A stretch of DNA of 35,203 nt from Candidatus Omnitrophota bacterium (lineage in GTDB: Bacteria; Omnitrophota; Gorgyraeia; Tantalellales; Tantalellaceae): NCBI GenBank assembly GCA_046759285.1, contig JBHIBX010000001.1:1-35203 (forward strand), written 5' to 3'. The first letter of the stretch is position 1. Each line of letters opens with the position of its first letter. Both the position numbers and the translations under genes were made by a program. The notes beneath the pieces were generated by a model that did no database searches, was not told the origin of the DNA, and worked only from the letters and a program-made list of their open reading frames with translations. Below are positions 17,856-28,039 of this stretch, piece by piece.

Positions 17856-19004
17856 ATGCCGTCTGTAGAAACAAAAAATAAAGTAAAGTTTATTCAAGGA
17901 AATGAGGCTTGTGCTGAAGCCGCAATTGCCGCGGGAGTCACGTTTTTCGCGGGATATCCTATAACACCTTCCTCAGAGATCGCTGAAATTCTTTCTAAAC
18001 AGCTTCCTAAGATTGGCGGTAAGTTTATCCAAATGGAGGATGAAATCGCCAGTATAGGGGCTATTTTAGGGGCATCCTTAGCCGGGTTAAAAGTAATGAC
18101 CGCGACTTCCGGCCCCGGTTTTTCTTTAAAACAGGAGCTTATCGGGTTTGCGTCGTTGTGTGAAATCTCCTGCGTTATTGTAAACGTACAAAGAGGGGGG
18201 CCATCCACGGGCCTTCCGACATATCCGTCCCAGTCAGATGTAATGCAGGCTAGATGGGGTACCCATGGAGATCATCCGATAATTGTTCTTTCACCATCTT
18301 CTGTTTTGGAGACATATGAGTTGACTATTCAGGCAATAAACCTGACTGAAAGCTTGCGTGTTCCTGTCATTCTCCTGACAGACGAAGTCGTGGGGCATAT
18401 GTATGAGAAGGTGGAGTTTCCGGAAAAGGAAAGCTTGAAGTTATTAAGTCGCCCAGAGCCTAAAAAAATTTCCGGCAAAAAATATCTTCCCTTTGCGACA
18501 AGCTCTCCCAGGGATGTTCCGCGTATTGCTGATTTCGGGAAGGGTTTCCGTTTTAATGTCACGGGTCTCATCCATGATCTTGACGGGTTCCCGACGAATG
18601 AGCCGGATAAAACTGCAGCCCTACTTAACCGGTTACATGAAAAAATAAACTCGCGGATCAGGGATATATGTTTGTATGATAGCGAGGGGTTGGAGGAGTC
18701 TATAATTTTATGCTCTTACGGCGCTACAGCCAGGTCTTGCGTACAGGCCGCAAAAGAAGCTCGTAAAGCTGGAATTGGAGTTGGGGTTCTTAAGCTTAAA
18801 ACTCTCTGGCCTTTCCCTGATTTTATTTTTGATAACTTGAGGGGCAATAATAAGACTTTAATTGTTTGCGAGATGAATATGGGGCAGATTATTCGGGAAG
18901 TAGAACGGGCCTCAAAAGGACGCTTCAACGTTTTGGGCGTAAATTCTTCACGGGGCACCATGGTAACGCCCGCGGAGATACTGGATAAGATTAAAAGATG
19001 CTAG
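17856..19004 (+). CDS. korA: 2-oxoglutarate:ferredoxin oxidoreductase alpha subunit
   Basis: 382 aa. N-terminal GNEACAEAAIAAGVTFFAGYPITPSSEI motif of the 2-oxoacid:ferredoxin oxidoreductase alpha family. 2-oxoglutarate specificity is inferred from the sucCD/mdh context. Confidence 0.8.
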   Translation: MPSVETKNKVKFIQGNEACAEAAIAAGVTFFAGYPITPSSEIAEILSKQLPKIGGKFIQMEDEIASIGAILGASLAGLKVMTATSGPGFSLKQELIGFASLCEISCVIVNVQRGGPSTGLPTYPSQSDVMQARWGTHGDHPIIVLSPSSVLETYELTIQAINLTESLRVPVILLTDEVVGHMYEKVEFPEKESLKLLSRPEPKKISGKKYLPFATSSPRDVPRIADFGKGFRFNVTGLIHDLDGFPTNEPDKTAALLNRLHEKINSRIRDICLYDSEGLEESIILCSYGATARSCVQAAKEARKAGIGVGVLKLKTLWPFPDFIFDNLRGNNKTLIVCEMNMGQIIREVERASKGRFNVLGVNSSRGTMVTPAEILDKIKRC

Positions 19005-19819
19005 ATGAAATTCTAAAATATTTGAGGGTTGAAAAATTTCCGCATATTTGGTGCGCTGGATGCGGGCATGGGATTATTTTGCAGGCTTTTTTAAGAGCGG
19101 TTTTAGAGCTTGGCATTGATCAGGATAAATTGGTTGTTGCCTCCGGTATCGGGTGTTCTTCAAGGGCAGTAGGGTATATCAGTTTCGATACACTCCATAC
19201 CGCTCACGGTAGGGCCATGCCTTTTGCTACCGGCATAAAAATGGCCAATCCAGAACTAACTGTGGCTATACTTGCGGGGGACGGAGACATAGCAGCTATC
19301 GGAGGAAACCATCTGATACACACCGCCAGACGAAATATCGATATTACTACCGTGGTCTTTAACAATTTTAACTACGGCATGACCGGAGGGCAGTATTCGC
19401 CTACCACAGAGGAAGCTTTTTACGCTACTACTGCTCCTTACGGAAACATAGAACGGCCATTTGATTTGTGCACGCTGGCGAAAGCCGCGGGAGCCACTTA
19501 TGTCGCGCGTTCTACGACTTTTCACGCTCTTCAACTTCCAAAGCTCATCGCCGAAGGAATTAAACATCATGGTTTTTCAATTATAGAAGTCATTACTGGC
19601 TGCCCTACATATTATGGGAAATTTAATGAGATGAGCACTTCCGTTAAGATGCTTGAGTGGCAGAGAGACCACGCTGTAAATCTGAAGCAGTATCAAATGC
19701 TTTCGGAAGAAGAGAAGGAAGGTAAGTTCCCTATAGGATTGATTTATCAGGCTCACAGGCCCGAATACACGGATGAATATAATAAAATTATTAATAAGGC
19801 GAAAGAAGCGTCGCTTTGA
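18998..19819 (+). CDS. korB: 2-oxoglutarate:ferredoxin oxidoreductase beta (TPP-binding) subunit
   Basis: WCAGCGHG cluster motif and TPP motif GDGD...NN..YGMTGGQ. Confidence 0.85.
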   Translation: MLDEILKYLRVEKFPHIWCAGCGHGIILQAFLRAVLELGIDQDKLVVASGIGCSSRAVGYISFDTLHTAHGRAMPFATGIKMANPELTVAILAGDGDIAAIGGNHLIHTARRNIDITTVVFNNFNYGMTGGQYSPTTEEAFYATTAPYGNIERPFDLCTLAKAAGATYVARSTTFHALQLPKLIAEGIKHHGFSIIEVITGCPTYYGKFNEMSTSVKMLEWQRDHAVNLKQYQMLSEEEKEGKFPIGLIYQAHRPEYTDEYNKIINKAKEASL

Positions 19820-20393
19820 GCCTCCGACCGAGGCAGAGCGTTTTGAGATTACTCTGAGCGGATCGGGAGGCCAAGGAATGATCCTGGCGGGAAAGATACT
19901 TGCCGAGGCCGCTTCGATTTATGACAAAAAAGAAGCGGTTATGTCCCAGTCATATGGCCCTGAAGCAAGAGGCGGTGCGTCGAAGGCAGAAATCGTTATA
20001 AGTTCCGGCAGGATCGATTATCCTAAAGTCATGAAAGTTAATATACTGCTTGCCATGACACAAGAAGCCCTGGATAAGTACGGGAAATCATTGGGGCCTG
20101 AAGGCCTATTAATCGTAGATGAAACATTTATCAAGGAAGTTCCCGCTCGTTTCAAGAATGTTTTTAAAGCCCCATTTACTTCTCTGGCTATCAACCTGTT
20201 AGGCGCTCCCATAGTTGCCAACGTTATTGCTTTGAGTTTATTAGCCGCTATCACAAATATAGTTTCGAGAGAGGCATTGATACGCGCGGTGCTGGATCAC
20301 GTTCCCGACAAAGTTCTGGTATTGGATAGGATGGCAATTGACGCCGGGTTTAAAATTGCGGAAGACAGCGGTTTTAAGTGGAAACCGAGGTAA
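19773..20393 (+). CDS. korG: 2-oxoglutarate:ferredoxin oxidoreductase gamma subunit
   Basis: RFEITLSGSGGQGMILAGKIL and YGPEARGG motifs. The listed ATG overlaps korB by 47 nt, so the true start is uncertain. Confidence 0.8.
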   Translation: MNIIKLLIRRKKRRFEPPTEAERFEITLSGSGGQGMILAGKILAEAASIYDKKEAVMSQSYGPEARGGASKAEIVISSGRIDYPKVMKVNILLAMTQEALDKYGKSLGPEGLLIVDETFIKEVPARFKNVFKAPFTSLAINLLGAPIVANVIALSLLAAITNIVSREALIRAVLDHVPDKVLVLDRMAIDAGFKIAEDSGFKWKPR

Positions 20394-20397
20394 CAGG

Positions 20398-21525
20398 GTG
20401 AAAATACACGAGTATCAGGCGATGTCGCTATTCGACAAATACGGTATTAATACGGTTCAGTGTGAATTAACCGATCGGTCGGATAATGCCGGGGCAATAG
20501 CCGAAAAACTTGGTGGAAAGGTGGTTGTCAAAGCCCAGATCCTGGTCGGCGGACGGGGAAAAGCCGGCGGAGTAAAACTGGCGCGCACACCTGAAGAAGC
20601 CAGGAAAGCGGCGGAGAAGATCCTTTCAATGGAGATAAAATCTGAACCCGTCAAAAAAGTGCTGGTAGCCCAGGCAGTTGAAATTCAAGGTGAATATTAT
20701 CTTGGGATTACCGTTGACCGGGCGCTGAAAAGAATAGTGTTTATAGCGACCTCTGCCGGGGGCGTTGATATCGAGGAACTGGCTGAAAAAAGCCCCGAAA
20801 AAGTGTACAAGATGTATGTTGACCCCCTTGAAGGGCCGGATGAAACTGAATTGCGCAGTCTCGCGCAGGAAGTTTTTGAAAATCACGATCTTTTCAAAGA
20901 AGCCTGCGATACTATGCTCAGAATGTACAGGCTTTTGATTGAAAAAGACTGTTCTTTGGTTGAGATCAATCCATATGTTAAAGTTTCGCTTGATGGGCTT
21001 GTTGCGGTAGACGCGAAAATAAATTTTGATGATAACGGAGTAGTTAAACATCCCGACATCGAAGAACTAAGAAATCCTGAAGAATACAGCGCTGACGAAA
21101 TACGCGCCCAGGAAGCGGACTTAAGTTTTGTCAGCATGGATGGGAATATCGGCTGCATAGTCAACGGGGCTGGGCTGGCGATGGCGACGATGGATATTAT
21201 AAAATTGTTCGGCGGTGAGCCGGCAAATTTTCTTGATGTGGGCGGAAGCTCCAATCCGGCCAAAGTGCTCAATGCCCTAAAGATCATATTATCAAGCAGA
21301 AAAGTCAAAGCAATATTGATCAATATATTTGGCGGCATTACAAGATGTGATGATATCGCTAACGGTATCATCATGGCGACAAAACAGATCGACATAAATG
21401 TGCCGCTCATTATAAGGCTGATAGGGACAAATGAGACCGAGGGCAGGGACATACTTAAAAAGGCCGGTTTTGTAGTAGCGGAAGAAATGACTGAAGCTGT
21501 AAAGAAGGCAGTAGAGAGCATATGA
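20398..21525 (+). CDS. sucC: succinyl-CoA synthetase beta subunit
   Basis: GTG start giving [20 protein letters not shown]-grasp motifs and [18 protein letters not shown]. The listed start 20338 overlaps korG and is unlikely. Confidence 0.9.
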   Translation: MKIHEYQAMSLFDKYGINTVQCELTDRSDNAGAIAEKLGGKVVVKAQILVGGRGKAGGVKLARTPEEARKAAEKILSMEIKSEPVKKVLVAQAVEIQGEYYLGITVDRALKRIVFIATSAGGVDIEELAEKSPEKVYKMYVDPLEGPDETELRSLAQEVFENHDLFKEACDTMLRMYRLLIEKDCSLVEINPYVKVSLDGLVAVDAKINFDDNGVVKHPDIEELRNPEEYSADEIRAQEADLSFVSMDGNIGCIVNGAGLAMATMDIIKLFGGEPANFLDVGGSSNPAKVLNALKIILSSRKVKAILINIFGGITRCDDIANGIIMATKQIDINVPLIIRLIGTNETEGRDILKKAGFVVAEEMTEAVKKAVESI

Positions 21526-22388
21526 GCATTCTGGTTGGCGAGAATACAAAAGTTCTGATCCAGGGCATAACCGGACGTGATGGGTCATTCCACGCTCAGT
21601 CTATGCTTGACTACGGGACGAAGGTAGTCGGTGGGGTGACTCCCGGTAAAGGAGGTCAGAAAGTCGGCGCATTGCCCGTATTCAACACGATGAAAGAGGC
21701 GCGCGAGGCGACTGACGCGAATTGCTCCGTGATCTACGTCCCGGCGAAATTCGCCACCAGCGCCATCAGAGAAGCCGCTGATTGCGGCATAAAACTCATA
21801 GTTTGCATAACGGAGGGAATACCCGTCATTGAAATGATAGAAAATTATCAATACGTGAAGGATAAGAAGGCCCGGCTCATCGGGCCTAACTGCCCGGGCG
21901 TTATTACTCCCGGTAAGTGCAAGGTCGGGATAATGCCCGCTCGCATTCATGCCCCCGGAAATATCGGTGTAATATCCAGAAGCGGAACATTAACATATGA
22001 AGTTGTCTATAATCTGACAAAAAATAATATGGGACAGTCAACATGCATAGGCATAGGGGGAGACGCCATCGTCGGAACAGGATTCATTGACCTGCTCTCG
22101 ATGTTCGAGGAAGATAGCGGAACGGAGGCCACGGTTCTTATAGGCGAAATAGGCGGTGAAGAAGAAGAACAGACTGCTGATTATATACGGGCAAATATAA
22201 GAAAACCGGTTGTTTCTTTTGTTTCCGGAAGGTCGGCGCCGCCGGGTAAAAGAATGGGGCACGCGGGAGCGATCATCTCAAGAGGCAAGGGTACCGCCGA
22301 AGCGAAGATAAAAGCTTTTAAAAAGGCGGGCGTTCCTGTGGCTGACAGACCTGATGAAATACCGAAGTTATTAAAGGATTTGTTATAA
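21522..22388 (+). CDS. sucD: succinyl-CoA synthetase alpha subunit
   Basis: [20 protein letters not shown] and the phosphohistidine loop GHAGAII. Start overlaps the sucC stop. Confidence 0.92.
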   Translation: MSILVGENTKVLIQGITGRDGSFHAQSMLDYGTKVVGGVTPGKGGQKVGALPVFNTMKEAREATDANCSVIYVPAKFATSAIREAADCGIKLIVCITEGIPVIEMIENYQYVKDKKARLIGPNCPGVITPGKCKVGIMPARIHAPGNIGVISRSGTLTYEVVYNLTKNNMGQSTCIGIGGDAIVGTGFIDLLSMFEEDSGTEATVLIGEIGGEEEEQTADYIRANIRKPVVSFVSGRSAPPGKRMGHAGAIISRGKGTAEAKIKAFKKAGVPVADRPDEIPKLLKDLL

Positions 22389-22403
22389 AAAAGGAAGGTA
22401 ATC

Positions 22404-23552
22404 ATGGAAAATGTAAAAGATGAAGTAAAGATCGTCGACACCACTCTGCGAGACGGAGAACAGACCGCCGGGGTTGTTTTTTCAAACGACGAAAAAAGGA
22501 AAATCGCCGATCTTTTGGATGAGGCGGGTGTATATCAGATCGAGGCGGGTGTTCCCGCGATGAAAGGCGATGAAAAGCAGGCCATAAAAGACATCGTGAA
22601 GGATAATCACAAGGCCAGTATATTGGGATGGTGCCGCGCGGTATCCGATGATATCAGACAGGCTATCGACTGCGGCCTGGATGCCGTCTGCGTTTCCATA
22701 CCTGTTTCAGATGTCCATATCGAAAAAAAGCTGAAGAAAGACCGGAATTGGGTTCATGAAAATGTAGTCCGGGCCATTAATTTTGCTAAAAGCAACGGGC
22801 TTTACGTTTCCTGCAATGCCGAGGACGCTTCACGCACTAGAATGGAGGATCTAATCACTTTTGCCAGGATCGTTAAAGAAGCTGGGGCGGATCGTATGCG
22901 TTTTTGCGATACAGTAGGTATACTCGGCCCCGAGCAGACTGCAGAAAAGGTAAGGGCTCTGATACATGAGGTGGGGTTGACTATCGAGGTCCACGCGCAT
23001 AACGATTTCGGAATGGCAACTGCGAACAGCATCGCAGGCCTTAAATCCAGGGCTGAATTTGTCAGTGTTACTGTAAACGGATTGGGAGAGAGGGCGGGGA
23101 ATGCGGCTCTTGAAGAAGTTGTTATGGCGCTTAAATACGTTGAGGGGCGTGATATTTCTTTTAATATCTCAAAGTTAAAAGCATTGTCCGAGTTTGTTGC
23201 CAAGGCTTCGGGAAGAGAAGTGCCTGTAAGTAAGCCAATTGTCGGCAAGAATATATTTACACATGAAGCAGGTATCCAGGTCGATGGTCTTGTAAAAGAA
23301 CCGGAAACTTATGAAGTATTCCATCCTGCTGAGATAGGTGGAGAACGGCAGATTGTAATAGGGAAGCACTCAGGGAAAAACGCTGTAAAGATGAAGTTTA
23401 GGGAATTTGGTATTGATATAGATGATGAAATGGCAAAAAATATATTAAATGCTGTCAGAAAAAAGGCCGTAGAAGTTAAACGCCCTTTATTTGATAAAGA
23501 GCTTATGTACATATATTACAGTGAGACCAAAGAATTTGATAAGACGGATTAA
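22404..23552 (+). CDS. short HMGL-family synthase (NifV/AksA-type homocitrate, citramalate or second Re-citrate synthase); substrate unassigned
   Basis: DTTLRDGEQ, HAHNDFGMATANS and NGLGERAGNAALEE motifs. 382 aa with no LeuA-type regulatory domain. Stop overlaps the sdhA start (TAATG). Confidence 0.75.
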   Translation: MENVKDEVKIVDTTLRDGEQTAGVVFSNDEKRKIADLLDEAGVYQIEAGVPAMKGDEKQAIKDIVKDNHKASILGWCRAVSDDIRQAIDCGLDAVCVSIPVSDVHIEKKLKKDRNWVHENVVRAINFAKSNGLYVSCNAEDASRTRMEDLITFARIVKEAGADRMRFCDTVGILGPEQTAEKVRALIHEVGLTIEVHAHNDFGMATANSIAGLKSRAEFVSVTVNGLGERAGNAALEEVVMALKYVEGRDISFNISKLKALSEFVAKASGREVPVSKPIVGKNIFTHEAGIQVDGLVKEPETYEVFHPAEIGGERQIVIGKHSGKNAVKMKFREFGIDIDDEMAKNILNAVRKKAVEVKRPLFDKELMYIYYSETKEFDKTD

Positions 23553-25240
23553 TGAAACAGGAAATTATCATTGTAGGCAGTGGTCTGGCGGGAATGCGGG
23601 CGGCGATTGCTGCAGGATACAAAGGAATAAAATGTATGGTCATTTCTTTGGTTTATCCTGTCAGGTCACACTCTGTAACCGCACAAGGTGGGATCAACGC
23701 CTCGCTTAAGAATGTTGACAAAAACGATTCCTGGGAAAAACACGCTTTTGAAACGGTAAAAGGAAGCGACTACCTTGCTGATCAAAAAGCGGTAACTATT
23801 CTTACTAAAAAAGCGGTTTCTTCTGTCTGTGAATTGGAAAAGTGGGGCGCACCTTTTTCCCGTACCACAGAGGGACGGATCAATCAGCGCCCTTTTGGGG
23901 GAGCGGCTTTTCCCCGCACCTGTTACGCCGAGGACAGAACCGGTCATAATCTCCTCCATACTTTATATCAGCAATGCTTACGCCACAAAGTCCCTTTTTT
24001 AGATGAATGGATGGTAGTTGAGCTTATTGTGAAAGACAACCGTTGTCTGGGGGTAGTGGCATTAAACTTAAAATCGGGGGAAATAGAGGCCATACCGACA
24101 AAAGCGGTAATTATGGCTACCGGAGGAGCGGGAAGGATTTACGCTCAGTCAACTAATGCCCTTATCAACAGCGGCACAGGTATTGCTCTAGCCTATAGAG
24201 CGGGTGTGGGCGCAAAAGATATGGAATTTGTGCAGTTTCATCCTACCTCTCTCTACGGAACGAATATCCTTAGTACTGAAGGGGCCCGGGGTGCAGGAGG
24301 ATATCTTTTAAATAAAAACGGCGAGCGGTTCATGAAGAACTATGCCCCTCATCTTATGGAGCTCGCCCCGAGAGACATAGTAGCACGTGCGATTAAAACC
24401 GAGATACTTGAAGGCAGGGGCATTGAAGACGCTTATGTATATCTTGATCTAAGGCATCTGGGGGAAGACAAGATAAATGAAAAGTTGCCGGGCATAAGAG
24501 AAATAGGGATAAGGTTTGCTGGTATAGATGCGGTTGAAGCCCCTTTACCTGTTCAACCCGGACAACATTACACAATGGGTGGAATTGATTGCGATATTAA
24601 CTGCCAAACTTCTGTTCCCAACCTCTTTGCAGCGGGAGAGTGTTCGTGCGTTTCTGTTCATGGGGCCAACAGGTTAGGAGGAAATTCTCTTATGGAGACA
24701 GTTGTTTTCGGCAGGATTGCCGGAGAGAATGCTGCCCAATGCTGCCATGAGATTGAATACAAAGAGGATGCGGATGCGCTCTTTAGTTCTATGAATGAAA
24801 ACGAGAAAAGGATCTCTTCTCATTTTACTTCAAAAGGGAAAGAAAGAGTGGGAAAATTGCGCAAAAAGTTAAGAGAATTAATGATAGAGAAGGTAGGCAT
24901 TTTTCGCAAGGAAAGCGAACTAAAAGAAGCAATTGAAGAAATAAAAGAAATCAGGAAAAGGTATAAAGCAGTATCTTTAACAAGTTCAGGGAAGAAATTT
25001 AATTTGGAATTAATCACTGCTTTAGAGGTGGAATGCATGATTGATCTGGCACTGGTGATAGGGGAAGGAGCTTTAAAAAGAGAGGAGAGCCGTGGTTCGC
25101 ATTTTCGTACCGATTTTCCGAAGCACGACGATAAAAACTGGCTTAAACATACTCTTGCTCATTATACGTCCGATGGCCCGGAACTTTCTTATAAGGAAGT
25201 TGACCTATCTACCTGGCAACCGAAAGAAAGAAAATATTGA
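23552..25240 (+). CDS. sdhA: succinate dehydrogenase / fumarate reductase flavoprotein subunit
   Basis: GSGLAG FAD motif. RSHSVTAQGGINA carries the His used for covalent FAD. Also HPTS...TEGARGAGGYLLN, HYTMGGI, and ESRGSHFRTDFPKHDDKNWLKHT. Confidence 0.88.
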   Translation: MKQEIIIVGSGLAGMRAAIAAGYKGIKCMVISLVYPVRSHSVTAQGGINASLKNVDKNDSWEKHAFETVKGSDYLADQKAVTILTKKAVSSVCELEKWGAPFSRTTEGRINQRPFGGAAFPRTCYAEDRTGHNLLHTLYQQCLRHKVPFLDEWMVVELIVKDNRCLGVVALNLKSGEIEAIPTKAVIMATGGAGRIYAQSTNALINSGTGIALAYRAGVGAKDMEFVQFHPTSLYGTNILSTEGARGAGGYLLNKNGERFMKNYAPHLMELAPRDIVARAIKTEILEGRGIEDAYVYLDLRHLGEDKINEKLPGIREIGIRFAGIDAVEAPLPVQPGQHYTMGGIDCDINCQTSVPNLFAAGECSCVSVHGANRLGGNSLMETVVFGRIAGENAAQCCHEIEYKEDADALFSSMNENEKRISSHFTSKGKERVGKLRKKLRELMIEKVGIFRKESELKEAIEEIKEIRKRYKAVSLTSSGKKFNLELITALEVECMIDLALVIGEGALKREESRGSHFRTDFPKHDDKNWLKHTLAHYTSDGPELSYKEVDLSTWQPKERKY

Positions 25241-28026
25241 TGGCAGCAAGTAAAGTAAATTTCAGAATAAGAAGGTTTGATCCCGAAAAAGATAAGAGCG
25301 AATATGCTTTCTATGAAATTCCCCATGTGAAGGGGATGACAGTTTTGGAAGGCTTGTGGTACATAGTGGACAATATAGATGGCAGTTTAAGTTTTCGCTA
25401 TTCCTGTCGGGGGGCGGTCTGTGGATCCTGCGCAATGAAGATTAACGGGGTAATCGATCTTGCATGTCATATTCAGATTTCCTCTCTGCTTCCAGGAGTG
25501 ATTAACGTTGAACCTCTTCCTTATTTTACGGTTATAAAAGACCTTGTTGTGGATATGGAACCCTTTCTGGAAAAATTTAATTCCATTAAACCTTATTTTT
25601 CCAAGATTAAGACAGAAGGCGGAGAAAATCTTCAAACTCCACAGGATCGAAAAAAAATAGAAAAAGCAGTTACTTGTATTTTATGCGCTGCTTGTCATTC
25701 GGCATGCCCGTTAAACGCGATGGATGAAGATTATCTCGGACCGGCGACTCTTACCGCAGTCAATAGGTTTGCTATGGATAGTCGCAGCACCGGCTGCAAG
25801 GATCGTATTTTAAACATCAGTAATCTGGGAGATTTTGGGGGATGTATGAAGATCTCCAGATGTTCAAAGGTGTGCCCCAGGGATATCGAGCCTGCCGAAC
25901 GCATCGATGAAATTAAGCAGTGCGTTTCTTCCTTTCAGCCGCCTTCGGCCGAGAAAGTCAACACTGTCTGCGGTTTTTGCTCTGTAGGGTGCGGGTTAAC
26001 CATTTGGAAAAACGAGGATGGTACTTTGCAACTGACAACCGATTCAGATTATACCGTAAATAAAGGCCAGGCCTGTCCAAAGGGATGGGACGCCCTACTG
26101 CCATTACAGGCAAAAGACCGCGCGAGAACTCCTTATACGAGAAACAGCAAAGGGGATTTTGTGCCTGTAGACTGGGATGAAGCTTTGCAAAAATTTACCG
26201 ATAGTTTTAAAAATATCCAAGAGAAATATGGCAATGATTCTATAGCCTTTATAAGTACGGGCCAAATCCCTACCGAAGAGATGGCTTTTCTTGGATGCTT
26301 GACAAAATTTGGAATGGGAATTCTTCATGGTGACGGTAACACCCGCCAGTGCATGGCTACAGCGGCTGCTGCATATAAGCAATCATTTGGTTTTGATGCG
26401 TCGCCTTATACTTATAAGGATTTTGAAGAGTCTGATGTGATTATCTTTGTTGGAGGGAATCCTTTTATCGCGCATCCTATCATGTGGGAAAGAGTATGTT
26501 TGAATGAAAATAATCCGACAACTGTTATTATAGATCCCCGAAAAACGGAAACCGCTCACTGGGCAAGCAAACATCTCAGCATCATTCCCAAATCAGATGC
26601 TTCTCCTTTTTACTGTCTTGCCCATATTCTTATCAAGCGCGACGCTGTTGATAAAAGTTTTATTGACAATCATACTTCCGGTTTTGAGGAGTTTAAAGAA
26701 TTCCTCGAGAAATTTTCTCCTAAAACTGTAAGTAAAGAAACAGGGCTGAAAGAATCCGAGATCCATAAATTGGCGGATTTAATACAAAACGGCAGAAAAG
26801 TTTCCTTTTGGTGGACGATGGGGGTCAATCAGAGTTATATGGGAGTGAGGACGGCTCAGGCAATCATCAACCTCACTCTTCTTACGGGGAACATAGGACG
26901 AGCCGGGACAGGTCCTAATTCCATTACCGGTCAATGTAATGCCATGGGTTCTCGGCTTTTCAGCAATACTACATCTCTATTAGGCGGACATGACTTTTCC
27001 AACTCTGAACATAGAAAAAAGATTGCAAAATGTCTGGGAATAAAGGAGAAACAAATTCCGGAAGACAAAGGATGGGCTTACGATCAAATTGTCGATGGTA
27101 TTGCTGAAGGTAAGATCAAAGGTTTGTGGATAATCGCCACTAATCCGATACATTCCTGGGTAAATCATTCTCATCTTGAGAAAGTCATAGGAAATCTTGA
27201 ATTTTGCGTGCTTCAGGATATGTACCATACTACTGAAACTGCTAAGTATGCACATTTAGTTCTTCCGGCTGCAGGATGGGGAGAGAAAAGAGGGACGTTT
27301 ATCAATTCTGAAAGAAGGATCGCTGTCGTGAATAAAGCGGCTGATCCTCCAGGAGAAGCTTTACCCGATTTTGAAATTTTTAAACACGTTGCCGATTACT
27401 GGGGTTGCGGGGATCTTTTCGAAAAATGGGATTCAACCGAGGATATATTTCAATCCTTAAAAAGGATATCAAAAGGGACTCCCGCTGATATAAGCGGAAT
27501 AAAAGATTATAAAATGCTTGAGAAAAGCGGTGGAATACAATGGCCCTTTCCTGAAGGCAGTTCAATTAAAGAAAATGAACGTCGTTTATTTGAAGACAGA
27601 AAGTTTTACACTCCCGATAAGAGGTCTAAGTTTATTTTTGAAGATATCAAATCTCCTCCAGAGCCAGTTAATAAAGAATTTCCGTTTTTGCTTTTAACCG
27701 GCAGAGGAACTGTCGCCCAATGGCATACCCAGACCAGAACCAGCAAATCCGATCGACTTAAGAAAATATATCCGGAAGAAATTTACATGGAAATCAACCC
27801 CGAAGACGCTGAAAAGTTGAATATCAATGACGGTGAAGAGGTAACTGTTTCCTGTTGTCGAGGGGAAATAAGGGTTAAGGCGTGTCTGACCTATGATATT
27901 CCTGGAGGAGAAGTTTTTGTACCCATGCATTATAGCGAAACAAATGAATTGACTTTTCCAGCGTTTGATCCTTATTCAAGACAACCGTCTTATAAAAGTT
28001 GTGCGGTAAATATAATAAGTCCTTGA
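25237..28026 (+). CDS. fusion protein: SdhB/FrdB-type iron-sulfur subunit (aa 1-228) joined to a cytoplasmic Nas/NarB/Nap-type molybdopterin oxidoreductase (aa ~245-929)
   Basis: The N-terminal part has CRGAVCGSC...C (2Fe-2S), CILCAACHSACP and CMKISRCSKVCP. From aa 245 there is CGFCSVGCG...C (Mo-enzyme 4Fe-4S), NTRQCMATAAAAYKQSFG (Cys Mo ligand, no His as in FDH), and a LLLTGRGTVAQWHTQTRT C-terminal barrel. No Tat signal. One uninterrupted ORF, with an ATGA overlap onto sdhA. Confidence 0.8.
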   Translation: MMAASKVNFRIRRFDPEKDKSEYAFYEIPHVKGMTVLEGLWYIVDNIDGSLSFRYSCRGAVCGSCAMKINGVIDLACHIQISSLLPGVINVEPLPYFTVIKDLVVDMEPFLEKFNSIKPYFSKIKTEGGENLQTPQDRKKIEKAVTCILCAACHSACPLNAMDEDYLGPATLTAVNRFAMDSRSTGCKDRILNISNLGDFGGCMKISRCSKVCPRDIEPAERIDEIKQCVSSFQPPSAEKVNTVCGFCSVGCGLTIWKNEDGTLQLTTDSDYTVNKGQACPKGWDALLPLQAKDRARTPYTRNSKGDFVPVDWDEALQKFTDSFKNIQEKYGNDSIAFISTGQIPTEEMAFLGCLTKFGMGILHGDGNTRQCMATAAAAYKQSFGFDASPYTYKDFEESDVIIFVGGNPFIAHPIMWERVCLNENNPTTVIIDPRKTETAHWASKHLSIIPKSDASPFYCLAHILIKRDAVDKSFIDNHTSGFEEFKEFLEKFSPKTVSKETGLKESEIHKLADLIQNGRKVSFWWTMGVNQSYMGVRTAQAIINLTLLTGNIGRAGTGPNSITGQCNAMGSRLFSNTTSLLGGHDFSNSEHRKKIAKCLGIKEKQIPEDKGWAYDQIVDGIAEGKIKGLWIIATNPIHSWVNHSHLEKVIGNLEFCVLQDMYHTTETAKYAHLVLPAAGWGEKRGTFINSERRIAVVNKAADPPGEALPDFEIFKHVADYWGCGDLFEKWDSTEDIFQSLKRISKGTPADISGIKDYKMLEKSGGIQWPFPEGSSIKENERRLFEDRKFYTPDKRSKFIFEDIKSPPEPVNKEFPFLLLTGRGTVAQWHTQTRTSKSDRLKKIYPEEIYMEINPEDAEKLNINDGEEVTVSCCRGEIRVKACLTYDIPGGEVFVPMHYSETNELTFPAFDPYSRQPSYKSCAVNIISP

Positions 28027-28039
28027 GGAATGTGATGTC

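Noticed and set aside
19773-19819. 47-nt overlap of the listed korG start with korB. Listed upstream starts at 1417, 5862, 16621, 20338 and 29918 were also examined.
   Set aside because: The listed coordinates are longest-ORF extensions. Internal ATG/GTG codons with better RBS and homology-consistent N-termini were preferred where available. korG has no obvious alternative start, so it was kept with its start flagged as uncertain.
20883-21521. 212-aa minus-strand ORF opposite sucC. Similar antisense ORFs lie at 8859..9305, 22802..23248 and 33104..33472.
   Set aside because: They are Ser/Ile/Leu-rich shadow frames opposite strongly recognisable + strand genes, with no start context or motifs.
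22404-23552. AksA-like homocitrate synthase feeding coenzyme B synthesis for the nearby Hdr proteins.
   Set aside because: No aksD/E/F or other CoB/CoM genes are in the window, and the context is otherwise bacterial (outer-membrane proteins, Tat, SucCD). The idea is too speculative.
25921-25968. SdhB-molybdoenzyme fusion as an assembly or frameshift artefact joining two genes.
   Set aside because: This is not fully excluded. However, the reading frame is continuous with no stop in the linker, there is no long homopolymer at the junction, and no plausible internal RBS or start precedes the Mo domain. I therefore keep it as a real fusion pending read-level verification.
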